Shown: positions 52,683-63,400 of the stretch, piece by piece | How the letters are laid out: each line of letters starts with the position of its first letter | Numbering within the stretch: the stretch's first letter is position 1 | From: Candidatus Woesearchaeota archaeon | GTDB lineage: Archaea; Nanobdellota; Nanobdellia; Woesearchaeales; UBA10216 | Assembly (NCBI GenBank): GCA_016192945.1 | Contig: JACPTE010000034.1 | Location: 956 to 64,955, forward strand | Length of the DNA: 64,000 bases | Reading direction: 5' to 3' | Made by a program: the position numbers and the translations under genes | Notes under the pieces: generated by a model | The model's database searches: none | What the model was told of the DNA's origin: nothing | The model's input: the letters and a program-made list of their open reading frames with translations, nothing else

Positions 52683-53957
52683 TTATCTTGTTCTTTCCGG
52701 ATGTGTGAGGGGATTAAAATAACCCAAATTCACATCTTTTGCGACATTCCAAGGAAAACCATATGTATTGGTTGCTTTATCAGTAATTCTACAGAAGAAA
52801 TCAGCACTATCTGCTATCCTGCGATATAAATCAGGATTTCTTAAATCAAATAAATTTATGACATCCTCAATTTTTAGTGGAAAATTTTTCCTCACCCAAC
52901 GATGAAGTTCTTGTTGGCCCACTCTTCCTGTTCCATTTGTAGTTATGTTTAATCCAACATCCTCCTCCCCTATGTTATACCTTAAACCTACTCTTGCAAA
53001 ATCAGCAAAATTATTTGCTACAATCTGCACAGCAATGTATCTTGCAATAAGTGTTCCAGGTCCAGACGGTTTAGTCGGGTCCTCTCCCCACGGCGAGTCT
53101 TCCATCACCCCATAATTGCCGAAGAAATCACGGTATGGTTTTGCTTCTCTGCTTCCTTCGTCAACACTCCATCCTCCAACATTCCAATCACCTAAACCAT
53201 TTACCTTAATAATTGGCTTGCCTAACCTTATTCCCCTTGTAGCGAAATTTCCAGAATTTAATGCATCCTCGAAATTGCCAATATACGCAGAAATTATTTT
53301 GCTTAATGCATCTCTTAGTTCATCGACTGGCAGTTTTTTATCATGTTGTGCATGGACAGTTATAGAATCAATTGAAACTAATTCCACTCCGTTGTATGAT
53401 GCATCTACTATCACTTTTCCATCAGAGAGTAACCCATCTAATCGAGCTACACCAGACTTCTCTGCCATCCTTTGAGGCAAAATTTGTCCTCCATTTGCAT
53501 ATGTAAAATCGAGCAAATCCCTGACACCACAAGCAATAACTCTTTCAAAAGGAAGAAACATCGGGCCACGTCTATATGCGACAGCAATTGGATTTCCTGA
53601 ATCGCCTGCTTTATGATTTGAGGCAAGCACTTCTGCCTGCGGTTTAAGTCTGGTTAAGTCAACTGCAATTTCATGTGATGTTTCCTTATTGATAATTCTA
53701 TAATAAGTATTTACAATTTTTCCCATTGTGTATAGGTTTCGTTGCTCCAATAAACTACCTGAAACTTCTCCAGAAACGGATACAACAATCCTGTCTTCAG
53801 CAGGCGAATATCCGCCACTAACTCTCAAATCAAACCGGGCAAGCGGGTCAAGTTCCAGTAAGTGTGCACCTATCAAATGCGCAATGACTGCGTCTAGTTC
53901 ATCAGGCTTTCCCCTTCTTCCTGCCTCAAACGTATGAACGATAATTTCATCAATCAT
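52683..53957 (-). CDS. divergent MetK-like protein (S-adenosylmethionine synthetase family, bacterial/eukaryotic type) with altered active-site motifs
   Basis: Aligns along the length of MetK (GKPDELDAVIAHLIGAHLLELDPLARFD vs [34 protein letters not shown] vs GAGDQG; IARYIAVQIVANNFADFARVGLRYNIG vs [33 protein letters not shown]...GFPWNVAKD vs FDLRP...FPWEKTD). GHPDK His is Lys and the GGGAFSGKD loop is not conserved; gene is AT-rich. Confidence 0.6.
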   Translation of the reverse strand: MIDEIIVHTFEAGRRGKPDELDAVIAHLIGAHLLELDPLARFDLRVSGGYSPAEDRIVVSVSGEVSGSLLEQRNLYTMGKIVNTYYRIINKETSHEIAVDLTRLKPQAEVLASNHKAGDSGNPIAVAYRRGPMFLPFERVIACGVRDLLDFTYANGGQILPQRMAEKSGVARLDGLLSDGKVIVDASYNGVELVSIDSITVHAQHDKKLPVDELRDALSKIISAYIGNFEDALNSGNFATRGIRLGKPIIKVNGLGDWNVGGWSVDEGSREAKPYRDFFGNYGVMEDSPWGEDPTKPSGPGTLIARYIAVQIVANNFADFARVGLRYNIGEEDVGLNITTNGTGRVGQQELHRWVRKNFPLKIEDVINLFDLRNPDLYRRIADSADFFCRITDKATNTYGFPWNVAKDVNLGYFNPLTHPERTR

Positions 53958-53979
53958 ATGATATTGGAATCACAACATA

Positions 53980-54012
53980 TTTATATTAATTATCAGCGTA
54001 TTTTATTAAAAA
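53980..54012. promoter_or_regulatory. divergent TATA boxes for the metK-like gene (minus) and the tandem-Lrp gene (plus)
   Basis: ATATTTATATTAAT about 25 nt from ATG 53957 (minus) and TTTTATTAAAAAG about 25 nt from ATG 54035 (plus). Confidence 0.35.
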
Positions 54013-54034
54013 GTGGTAAAATAGGGTCTTTTTT

Positions 54035-55033
54035 ATGGTGAATATTAATAAAAATGCAAATCTTGCCGACCTGAAGATTCTGGCGGCAATTGAGGCAGAT
54101 GCGCGAACACCAATAACAGTGCTTGCAAAAAAAGCAAGAATATCAAGGGCAGTTGCAGAATACAGGCTCAGGAGTCTTGAGAAAAAAGGCGCAATAAGAG
54201 GGTATTATTGCCTTCTTGACCCTTCAAAATTCGGGCTAACAGTATGGAAGCTATGGATATCATTGAGGGGCTCTCAAAGCCAAAAGCAGGAGTTTTACAG
54301 CCACATCCAGAGCAATCCCAGGGTCTGGTGGTATGCGGAATGTGCGGGGACGTATGATGCAGTGATATGCGTGCTTGCAAGGACGGTTCACGGATTCAAC
54401 AACTTTTTTCTTTCCCTACAGGAAAAATACGGCGATAAAATAACAGACTCAGCAATCCTGATTAACGTGAGCTTTGAATACCACACAAGAGGCTACCTGC
54501 TTGGAAGGCAATCAAGCCTAATCCAGACTTCATTCCTCCAGAAGATAAGCAACAGGAAGATACCTGATGGCTGGAATAGCATACTAAAGCCGCTATCCGC
54601 TAATTCAAGGATAAGCTACTCAGAGCTTTCCATGAAAACAGGCAAGAACGCAAAAACCATAAAAAAGGCAATAACAGAGCTGAAGAGGGCGGGGATAATT
54701 GTATATTTCAGGCCGTCCATTGATACGGCAATTCTCGGATACGAGTTCTACAAGGTTCTGGTTTACCTTCACAATTCCCCAGGAGGAATAGTCCCTTCAA
54801 TCGTCCATTGGTGCAGGGCGCAGCAAAACATAACTGCAATGATTTACTGCGTAGGGCCATGGCAGCTGGAGCTTGAAGTTGAAATAGGCTCGTTTGCAAA
54901 CCTGATGAAAATGCTAAGGGAACTGAAAGACAGGTTTCCCGACCTGATAAAAAGCTATGATGCGCTTCTCATTACAAAAGAGGGGAATTACGAGCTTGAC
55001 CTGATGGACAAGATAAGGAAAATAACAGACTAG
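54035..55033 (+). CDS. tandem-duplicated Lrp/AsnC-family regulator (two HTH plus RAM units)
   Basis: Unit 1: LADLKILAAIEADARTPITVLAKKARISRAVAEYRLRSLEKKGAIRGY plus RAM. Unit 2: LSANSRISYSELSMKTGKNAKTIKKAITELKRAGIIVYF plus RAM. Confidence 0.6.
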   Translation: MVNINKNANLADLKILAAIEADARTPITVLAKKARISRAVAEYRLRSLEKKGAIRGYYCLLDPSKFGLTVWKLWISLRGSQSQKQEFYSHIQSNPRVWWYAECAGTYDAVICVLARTVHGFNNFFLSLQEKYGDKITDSAILINVSFEYHTRGYLLGRQSSLIQTSFLQKISNRKIPDGWNSILKPLSANSRISYSELSMKTGKNAKTIKKAITELKRAGIIVYFRPSIDTAILGYEFYKVLVYLHNSPGGIVPSIVHWCRAQQNITAMIYCVGPWQLELEVEIGSFANLMKMLRELKDRFPDLIKSYDALLITKEGNYELDLMDKIRKITD

Positions 55034-55072
55034 GGAAACCTTTATTAAGTATTACCAAGTTGCACTACTTAT

Positions 55073-55924
55073 ATGGATTTGAGGAACATACAGAAAAGCG
55101 GGAATGCCTACTACATTTACCTTCCCTCAGCCTGGTGCAGGCAGAACAAGCTGACAAACTCCTCCCAGGTCCAGCTGGACACATCTTCTGAGGGGAAGCT
55201 GATAGTAAGCCCCAATGTTTCAGACACAAGGGAGGACTCGCTGGTGCTGAATATGCCTGAAAAGGACAGGAGGATAATAAACAAGCTCATTGTTGCATCT
55301 TACCTTAACCCTGTTAAGTCATTCAGGATAAAGCTTGATAATGAGATAAGCTCTCCAGACATACTGGACCACAAGAAGCTGCTTGGCGGTATAGAGCTGG
55401 TTGAGTTCGGCGAAAAGCAAATATCATGCGAGAGCTCTGTTTTTGTTGACGACCCTGACATCCTTCTGAGGACAATGATAAAGAAAATAATCAACATGCT
55501 CCGCATAATGTCATCAGAGAGCCAGGATGAGCTCATAAGCCGCTATGAGGAGGAGATTGACAGGAGCAACATGCTGATTAACAAGTCCGCAATAAGCTCT
55601 TTCATGTTCAGGAGGCATTCAAAGCTGAAGCACATAGACATGTTCTACATAGTAAGAGTGTCAATTTACCTTGAGAGGATGGTTGATTACCTTATTGAGC
55701 TGAAGGGAAGCAGGGCGTTCTTCTCGCAGCTAATGGCTCTCATGAAGGGCCTTGATGGCGTTCTTGAAAACATCCATTTTGCAACAGTAGTTCCATTTGT
55801 CAAGGATGTTTTGAAGATTGGGAAGAGGCAGGATGCCACAGGCATAATCAACAATCTCAACAACATTTCTGACGTTCTGATGGACTGGGCTGTAACCAAC
55901 GAGATTGAAAGGAGAAGAAAATGA
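55073..55924 (+). CDS. AbrB/SpoVT-domain plus PhoU-like domain protein (putative regulator)
   Basis: N-terminal swapped-hairpin-like segment (GNAYYIYLPSAWCRQNKL...GKLIVSP); C-terminal helical repeats of PhoU-like character. Confidence 0.45.
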   Translation: MDLRNIQKSGNAYYIYLPSAWCRQNKLTNSSQVQLDTSSEGKLIVSPNVSDTREDSLVLNMPEKDRRIINKLIVASYLNPVKSFRIKLDNEISSPDILDHKKLLGGIELVEFGEKQISCESSVFVDDPDILLRTMIKKIINMLRIMSSESQDELISRYEEEIDRSNMLINKSAISSFMFRRHSKLKHIDMFYIVRVSIYLERMVDYLIELKGSRAFFSQLMALMKGLDGVLENIHFATVVPFVKDVLKIGKRQDATGIINNLNNISDVLMDWAVTNEIERRRK

Positions 55925-56221
55925 GCGAATCACCTGTTGCAAAGGCATAATAAAATGCTTTGCCAAGTATTTTTCGTATTGCCCTTTTCTCATCCAATCC
56001 ACTTAAATCAACATTAAATCAAGGCATCTTTTCTCCCCATGCATGGAAACAGCCCGTACAATCATTTATTTGCTGGTTTTCGCGATGGGAGTGATTGCCG
56101 GGAGAATAAGCATGGCTGTCCAATATGCGGTGATGTCTGCAAGTGCAGACCGAAAAAGGAAATTATAGCCTGTTTCCAAACCTTTTTAAACTTGCAAAAT
56201 TTCTGATTTGTTGACGGTAAA

Positions 56222-58669
56222 ATGGATTCTGCAGGTGCTTCAAGCCCGGCTGATGGGCAGAGGATTTTAAACAGGGAAATAGACCAGGAGATGAAGGCTT
56301 CTTATCTTGATTATGCCATGTCCGTGCTTATAGCAAGGGCACTTCCTGACGTGAGGGATGGCCTGAAGCCGGTTCACAGGCGAGTCCTATATGCCATGTT
56401 TCACGACTTAGGACTTCTGCACAACAAGCCGTTCAGGAAGAGCGCCAGGATTGTGGGAGACTGTCTTGGAAAATACCATCCGCACTCTGATATCGCTGTT
56501 TACGACACCATGGTCAGGATGGCCCAGGATTTCTCGCTCCGCTATCCGCTTGTGGATGGGCAGGGGAACTGGGGCAGCATTGATGGCGATTCTGCTGCGG
56601 CCATAAGGTACACTGAAGCCAGGCTCTCAAGGATTGCTGAGGAGATTCTTGCCGACATTGACAAGGACACTGTTGAATTCGTCCCTAATTTTGATGCGAG
56701 CCTGAAAGAGCCTGTTGTGATGCCCTCAAGGATACCAAATCTCCTGATAAATGGCTCTTCAGGGATTGCAGTAGGCATGGCTACAAACATACCCCCTCAC
56801 AATTTCGGCGAGGTTGCTGATGCTGTAATCAGCCAGGTAGATAACCCTGAGATAAGCATTGATGGGCTGATGGCATATATCAGCGCGCCTGATTTCCCAA
56901 CAGGGGGAATAATATGCGGTTTGGATGGCGTCAGGGCTGCATACAGGACAGGGAGGGGGCTTGTGACATTAAGGGCGAAGACTGCTGTTGAGCAGGTTAA
57001 GGACAGGCAGCGCATCATTGTAACAGAGATTCCTTTCCAGGTCAACAAGGCAATGCTTATTGAGGAGATTGCATCGCTCACTCACCAGAAGAAGCTGTCA
57101 GGGGTTTCCGACCTCAGGGATGAGAGCGACAGGGATGGACTCAGGATTGTTATTGAGCTGAAAAAGGACACCAACCCGGAAGTCCTCCTGAAGCAGCTTT
57201 TCACCCATACCAAGCTTGAGACCACATTCGGGATTATAATGATTGCACTCGTGAATAACGAACCAAAAACCCTTTCACTCAAGGAAATAATCCAGAGCTT
57301 CATAGACCACAGGTTTGATGTAATCACGAGGCGCACAGGCTTTGAGCTGAACAAGGCATCTGACAAGGCGCATATTCTTGAGGGGATAATAACCGCGCTG
57401 TCCAACATTGACGCAGTCATAAAGCTCATCAAGGAATCAAGGGATGCTGCCAGCGCAAAGGACTCCCTCCTGAAGGCATTCCGCATATCAGAAAAGCAGG
57501 CCCTGGCCATTCTGGACATAAGGCTTCAGCGCCTAGCTTCCCTGGAGCAGGAAAGGCTCAAGGCAGAATACAAAGACCTTCTCGGATTGATAAAGGAGCT
57601 GAAGGAAATCCTTGCCTCTAAAAATAGGGTTTTTGAAATAATAAAAAAAGAGATGATTGAACTCAAGCAGAAGTATGCTGACCATAGAAGAACGTCAATA
57701 GAGGGAAGCATAGATGATGTTGAAGTGGAGGACCTCATTCAGCCAGAGGATGTTGTTGTGACCATAACCCATAAGGGCTATATCAAGAGGCTTTCCCTGG
57801 ATACTTACAAGCAGCAGAAGAGGGGAGGCAGGGGCGTAATAGCTGCTGAAGTGGGGGAACAGGACTTTGTTGAGGACATATTCGCAGCAAATACGCTAAG
57901 CTACATCCTCTTTTTCACAGACAAGGGCTCGGTTCATTGGCTCAAGGTTTACAAGATTCCTGAGGCATCAAGGCTTGCTATGGGCAAGGCAATAATAAAC
58001 CTGCTTGAGCTCAAGGATGAGAAGATTACTGCATTCATCCCTGTGAAGGAATTTGACAGCGGCCACTATCTCATCATGGCAACCAGGAATGGAACAATAA
58101 AAAAGACAGCCCTGGAGGCATATTCAAACCCGAGGAAGGGGGGAATCATTGCAATAACGCTTGATGAGGGTGATGGGCTTATTGGCGTTGAGCTTACAGA
58201 CGGGAAGAAGGACATAATACTTGCAACGAGGAATGGGATGGCAGCCAGGTTTGGAGAGGAGGATGTAAGGCCAACAGGCAGATCAGCCCAGGGAGTGCGG
58301 GGAATCAGGCTGAAGTTCGGCGACCACCTGGTTGGGATGGTCGTAGCCTCTGGTGACAGGACACTCCTGACGCTGACTGAGAACGGGTATGGCAAGAGGA
58401 CTGACATATCTGAATACAGGCTCATAAGCAGGGGCGGCTCTGGAGTAATCAACATCCAGACTTCAGACAGGAACGGGAAGGTCGCTGCCATCAGAACAGT
58501 CTCTGAGAATGAAGACATAATGCTCATCAGCAAGAACGGCATTGTCATAAGGACGCCTGCAAGAGAGATATCAGTCATAGGCAGGAACACCCAGGGAGTC
58601 AGGATAATGCGGCTTGAGGAGAATGACAAGCTGGTATCAGCAGCCATAATACCCGGAGAGAGCAACTAA
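56222..58669 (+). CDS. gyrA: DNA gyrase subunit A
   Basis: [28 protein letters not shown] with active-site Tyr region ([11 protein letters not shown]), GyrA-box-like QRRGGRG, and C-terminal beta-pinwheel repeats. Confidence 0.9.
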   Translation: MDSAGASSPADGQRILNREIDQEMKASYLDYAMSVLIARALPDVRDGLKPVHRRVLYAMFHDLGLLHNKPFRKSARIVGDCLGKYHPHSDIAVYDTMVRMAQDFSLRYPLVDGQGNWGSIDGDSAAAIRYTEARLSRIAEEILADIDKDTVEFVPNFDASLKEPVVMPSRIPNLLINGSSGIAVGMATNIPPHNFGEVADAVISQVDNPEISIDGLMAYISAPDFPTGGIICGLDGVRAAYRTGRGLVTLRAKTAVEQVKDRQRIIVTEIPFQVNKAMLIEEIASLTHQKKLSGVSDLRDESDRDGLRIVIELKKDTNPEVLLKQLFTHTKLETTFGIIMIALVNNEPKTLSLKEIIQSFIDHRFDVITRRTGFELNKASDKAHILEGIITALSNIDAVIKLIKESRDAASAKDSLLKAFRISEKQALAILDIRLQRLASLEQERLKAEYKDLLGLIKELKEILASKNRVFEIIKKEMIELKQKYADHRRTSIEGSIDDVEVEDLIQPEDVVVTITHKGYIKRLSLDTYKQQKRGGRGVIAAEVGEQDFVEDIFAANTLSYILFFTDKGSVHWLKVYKIPEASRLAMGKAIINLLELKDEKITAFIPVKEFDSGHYLIMATRNGTIKKTALEAYSNPRKGGIIAITLDEGDGLIGVELTDGKKDIILATRNGMAARFGEEDVRPTGRSAQGVRGIRLKFGDHLVGMVVASGDRTLLTLTENGYGKRTDISEYRLISRGGSGVINIQTSDRNGKVAAIRTVSENEDIMLISKNGIVIRTPAREISVIGRNTQGVRIMRLEENDKLVSAAIIPGESN

Positions 58670-58678
58670 ACTTTTTTA

Positions 58679-59851
58679 TTGAATGCTTTTCCCCTTATCC
58701 GCATGGAAGGGCTTGTCATAACCCACAGGGGATTTGAGGATGTTGCTGCCCGAGAAGTCAAGGAGCTCATCGGGGCAAAGGCAGAGACTAGGGATTATGC
58801 CGCTGTTTTTGAATTCAGGAACATGCTTGACCTTTGCCTGCTCGCATACAAGTCCCAGTCAGCAATTAAGGTGATTTCCCTTTTCGGGGAGTTTGAGGTT
58901 TCAAAAGATTTTGAAGAGAGCATAACAAGCTTCAGGGGATTCCTCTCAAACACTGACATGTCGGAATGGATTGACGATAATTCTTCCTTCAGGGTAACCT
59001 GCAGCAGGATAGGGGAGCACGGATTCACAAGCCAGGATGTGATGATGGAAGCAGGCCGCATAATAAAGGACAAGACAAACAAAGACATAAACCTTGACAG
59101 CCCTGACGTGATTTTCCACATTCAGATAATAGACCAGTCAGGTTACTTTGGGGTTGACTTCGCAGGTATTGACTTAAGCAAACGGGAATACAGGATTTTC
59201 ACACACCCGGCAGCCCTCAAGGGAACTGTGGCATACGCCCTTCTCAGGGTGGCAGGCTACAAAAAGGGCGATTCGCTGCTTGACCCATTCACCAAGTCAG
59301 GGATAATACCGATTGAGGCTGCATTGATGTCTGCAAATATGCCTGTAAATTACTACAGGAAAGACTCCCTGGCCTTCAGGAATCTAAAGCCACTGGAGAA
59401 TGAGGATTTTGACACCTTTTTCAGGAAAATTGACTCGCAGATTGATGAGGACTCAGGTTTCCCCATTTATGGTTTTGACTCCTCAATGCCAAGCATTTCA
59501 GCATCACAGAAAAACGCAAAGCTGGCTGGCGTGAACAAAAAGGTGAATTTCAGCCGTATTGAGGTTGAGTGGCTTGACACCAAGTTTTCAGAGGGGGAGA
59601 TAGCCAATATTGCCTCAAGCCCGCCTGAGGCTTCAAAAAGAACTGCCTTCAGGTTTGTTGAGAAGCTCTACAAGGAGCTGTTTTACCAGTGTAAGTACAT
59701 ATTGAGTGATAATGGAAAGATGGTTTTCATTGTGCGCGACCCAGAGCTTCTGAAAAAGTCAGGGGAGCAATATGGCTTCAAAGCATCAGGCGAGAGGACT
59801 GTTTTTCTTGGAAAGGAAACCTTGAAAGTAATAGCGCTTGCAAGAAATTAG
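58679..59851 (+). CDS. THUMP-domain RNA (guanine-N2)-methyltransferase (Trm14/RlmL-like)
   Basis: N-terminal THUMP-like domain; class I MTase motif I LLDPFTKSGIIPIEAAL; motif IV-like PIYGFD. Confidence 0.6.
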   Translation: MNAFPLIRMEGLVITHRGFEDVAAREVKELIGAKAETRDYAAVFEFRNMLDLCLLAYKSQSAIKVISLFGEFEVSKDFEESITSFRGFLSNTDMSEWIDDNSSFRVTCSRIGEHGFTSQDVMMEAGRIIKDKTNKDINLDSPDVIFHIQIIDQSGYFGVDFAGIDLSKREYRIFTHPAALKGTVAYALLRVAGYKKGDSLLDPFTKSGIIPIEAALMSANMPVNYYRKDSLAFRNLKPLENEDFDTFFRKIDSQIDEDSGFPIYGFDSSMPSISASQKNAKLAGVNKKVNFSRIEVEWLDTKFSEGEIANIASSPPEASKRTAFRFVEKLYKELFYQCKYILSDNGKMVFIVRDPELLKKSGEQYGFKASGERTVFLGKETLKVIALARN

Positions 59852-60243
59852 CATCCGCTTTTTACAAGGACCACAGCGCATTTGGCATTGCGCATAACGT
59901 ATGTTGAGATGTCATCTGAAATCTTTTGAATGAAATTCTTGTGGCAGTTTGAGCCCAACACTATCAGCTCTGATTTTTCCTCACGGGCAACATCCAGGAT
60001 TATTTCCTTTATATTTTCGCCCTCAACCACCCTCTTCTCATATTCTATGGGCTTTCCCCTCAATTTCACCTTTTTGAGAAACCCCAGGTCATTCTCCAGC
60101 CCAGCCATTGAGAACTCATGCGGAATGCTCGCTATCCTCAGGAATATTATTTTCAGGTCTTTCCCGGAGAGAGAAAGGGCAAGCCTTGTCATTTCTGCAA
60201 TATGCCTCGGGTTGCTTACGCACACAAGCACTCTTGAATACAT
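59848..60243 (-). CDS. universal stress protein UspA family
   Basis: 131 aa; C-terminal ATP-binding motif GSNCHKNFIQKISDDISTYVMRNAKCAVVLV. Confidence 0.75.
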   Translation of the reverse strand: MYSRVLVCVSNPRHIAEMTRLALSLSGKDLKIIFLRIASIPHEFSMAGLENDLGFLKKVKLRGKPIEYEKRVVEGENIKEIILDVAREEKSELIVLGSNCHKNFIQKISDDISTYVMRNAKCAVVLVKSGC

Positions 60244-60433
60244 AAGGGCTGGTTAGCGATATGAATATTTAATTTTATCTGATTTTACAGAAAAATGTAT
60301 TTAGAATTCCCTACAACAATAAAGTTTAAATACGAGTGGATACCATATATTGGGCTGTAAACCAAAAAAACCCCAACAGGTTGTATTTATCGCTCAGGGA
60401 TGAAAACCTTGCGGGGAGAGTGACAGGGAAAAA

Positions 60434-63400
60434 ATGGGATTCGCCTTGATAAGGAAAAGGGATGGGCAGGTTGTCAGGTTTGAAAAGGAAAAGATAGTCA
60501 GCGCCATATTCAGGGCAGTCAAGGCAGTGGGAGGAAGCGACAAAAAAATGGCCTCGCGGCTTGCTGACCAGGTAGTTATCCAACTGGAAAAGGATGCCAA
60601 GAAAGGCGATATCCCCGGTGTTGAGGAGGTTCAGGATTCTGTTGAGAAGGTGCTTATTGAAAGCGGGCATGCCAAGACAGCCAAGGCCTACATACTTTAC
60701 AGGGCCAAGAGGGCTGAGCTCAGGCAGGCAGCTTTGGATGCTGCGCAGCTTGGCGATGAGGAAAAGATTGCCCTGCTTGACATGTTCGCCCACAAGAGCA
60801 AGCTAGCCTCAAAGATAGGGTATGACAGGCTGGAGGCATACAAAAATCTTCTTTTCTACCTGAAAGAGCAGCAGATGGAAGGAAAGCTGCCTGTGCACAC
60901 AGGGGATTATCTGGAGGGGAATGAGCTTGCCACCAATATTTACCAGAAGAAATACTACCTGAAGGACCTCTCAAACAAGCTGATTGAAAAGAGGCCTGAA
61001 GATGTGTTCTCAAGGATGGCTGCCTTCATGGCCGCTGTTGAGCCAACAGAGGAAAAGCAGAGGGAATGGGCTTCACGGTTCTACAGCTCATTGTACGAAG
61101 GGCATTTCCTTCCTGGCGGAAGGGTTATTGCAGGGGCAGGAGACCTTTACAGGCTTAAGACCATGGCAAATTGCTTTGTATCGCTGATAGCCGAGGACAA
61201 CATAGAGTCAATATACAAGGCAGCATACGAGTGCGCCAGGACTTATTCATATGGGGGCGGCATAGGGGTTGACATCTCTGTTTTGAGGCCTAAGGACTCT
61301 GTAGTGCACAACGCAGCTGACAGCTCTACAGGTTCGGTTTCATTCATGGAGCTTTTCTCACTCACCACAGGGCTCATAGGGCAATCAGGCAGGAGAGGAG
61401 CGCTGATGCTGACAATTGACATCAAGAACCCCGACAGCCCGCTGTTCGTTAACGTGAAGAAGACACCTAACTGGGTAACCAACCAGATTGTTGAGCAGTG
61501 CAAATGGTCAGGGCTGTTCAATGACTCCCAGCTCAGGGAAATCCAGAGGCAGGTCAGGGAGAATACCCAGGTAAGGTTTGCCAACATCAGCCTCAAGGTT
61601 TCTGATGAGTTCATGCAGGCAGTTGAGGAGCAGAACAAACATGGCTCAGGCAAGCTGCTTTTGTACCTCAAGGACAGGGATGTCTCAGGGCTGGGCTCAA
61701 TTCAGGGCGGAACAGTACACTACTCCTTCAACATGCCATCAAAGCCGATTGAAAAATATAGCCTGCTAAAGGCATTCAGCAGTATTTCAGAGCTTAATGG
61801 GTTCCTTGCAGAGAACGGCATCGCAGAGCTGCCTGAAAAAGACCTTTCAGACCCTTCAAAGAGGGATGTATTCGGGGACTTTGTAATCCACAAGAGCAGC
61901 GATTTTGATTTTGCAATAAAATATTCAGGGGACTTCATGCTTTATTATAACTCCAGGGAGACAGGGGAGATTAAAAGACTTGTCAAGGCGCGAAAGCTGT
62001 GGAATTCATTCATAGAGGGAAACTACAAGACAGCAGAGCCAGGCCTCATATTCTGGACAACAATGACAAAATACTCCCCATCCAACTATGTCGGGAGGCC
62101 TATTGCAAGCACTAACCCTTGCGTTGCTGCAGACAGCATGGTTCCAACTGAAAACGGTTTGGAGCGGATAGACAGCATCAAAGCAGAGAATATCCTGGTT
62201 GACAGGAGAACTATGGTCAGTGAAAGCGGTTTGCTGGAAATTCAGCAGGGCTGTGAATTTGTGAAGCTTTCAAGCAGGATGAAAACCGGATTCAAGGACT
62301 GCTACAAAATTGAGACAAAGTCAGGCTATGAAGTGACAGCCACCCCAGACCATAAAATACTGACTTCAGAAGGCTGGAGAGAGGTTTCTGAAATAACTGA
62401 AAAGGAATATCTGCTGTTGCAATCAGGGACTGGAAAGTTCAGCCGAGAAAGGAAGCTGCCGTTTGATGTAAATAACGAAATAGTCGGGAAAAATGGGAGA
62501 AAATACAGGCTTAACCTCCCATCAGAATGGAGCAGGGAACTTGGAATGCTGCTCGGATGGGCAGTGGGAGACGGGTTCTATAGCGAAAAATATAACAAAG
62601 CAGGCGTTCAGGTAAGGTCATCAAGCAAATATGTAGTTCAATTCCTGAAGAATCTTGGACTGAAACAGAGCCATGAAGAAAGAGAAGTGCCCTCTGCGAT
62701 TTTTACAGCCCCTGAAGATGCTGTAATGGGGTTCCTTGAAGGCTTGTTCTCATCAGATGGCACTATAGGGCTTTCAGGGAAAGGCAGGAGATATATCAGG
62801 CTTAACTCAAGCTCGCTGAAACTCCTGAAGCAGGTGCAGCTTCTGCTGCTGAACCTTGGCATGAGAAGCTCTATTTATGACCGCTCAACAGTTTCCAAGA
62901 CATTCAGGTATGTCAACAAGCAAGGAGAACTGATAAAATACAGGACATCAGGCGAAAACTATGAGCTGAACATAAGCAAGGCAAATGCAAAAAGATTCAT
63001 TGAAAAAATCATATTCATGCAGGAGAGAAACAGGGAAAAGACCGGAATAATGGCCAGCCACGAGTTTTACAGAGAAACTTTCCTGGACAAAGTCAAGTCT
63101 AAAGAGTTTGTTGGCAAAAAAGAGGTGTGGGACATAACAGAGCCAACCACTCATTCATTCATAGCGAATGGAATAGTCGTGCACAACTGCGGCGAGGTGC
63201 CTCTTGAAGATGGAGGAGCCTGCAATCTCGGCTCAGTGAACCTTTCAAGGTTTGTAAAGAACGGCTACACTGACAAGGCAGAGATAGACTGGGCAGGCAT
63301 AAGGCAGGCTACTGAGCTTGTCACGAGATTCCTTGATAATGTTGTCCTTTGGAACGAAATACTTAATCCACTTGAAAAGCAGAGGAGGGCGGCTTACGAG

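Noticed and set aside
55925-56221. Possible C/D-box sRNA (GUGAUGU ... CUGA) in the spacer upstream of gyrA
   Set aside because: C box is imperfect, no terminal stem complementarity and no D'/C' boxes found; more likely coincidence or part of the small Cys-rich ORF.
60326-61671. Minus-strand ORFs 60326..60793, 60720..61013 and 61243..61671, and plus-strand ORFs 60594..60806, 60984..61187 and 61578..61769 from the track
   Set aside because: They lie inside and out of frame with the long RNR ORF (60434..end), which has strong family signatures; judged shadow ORFs.
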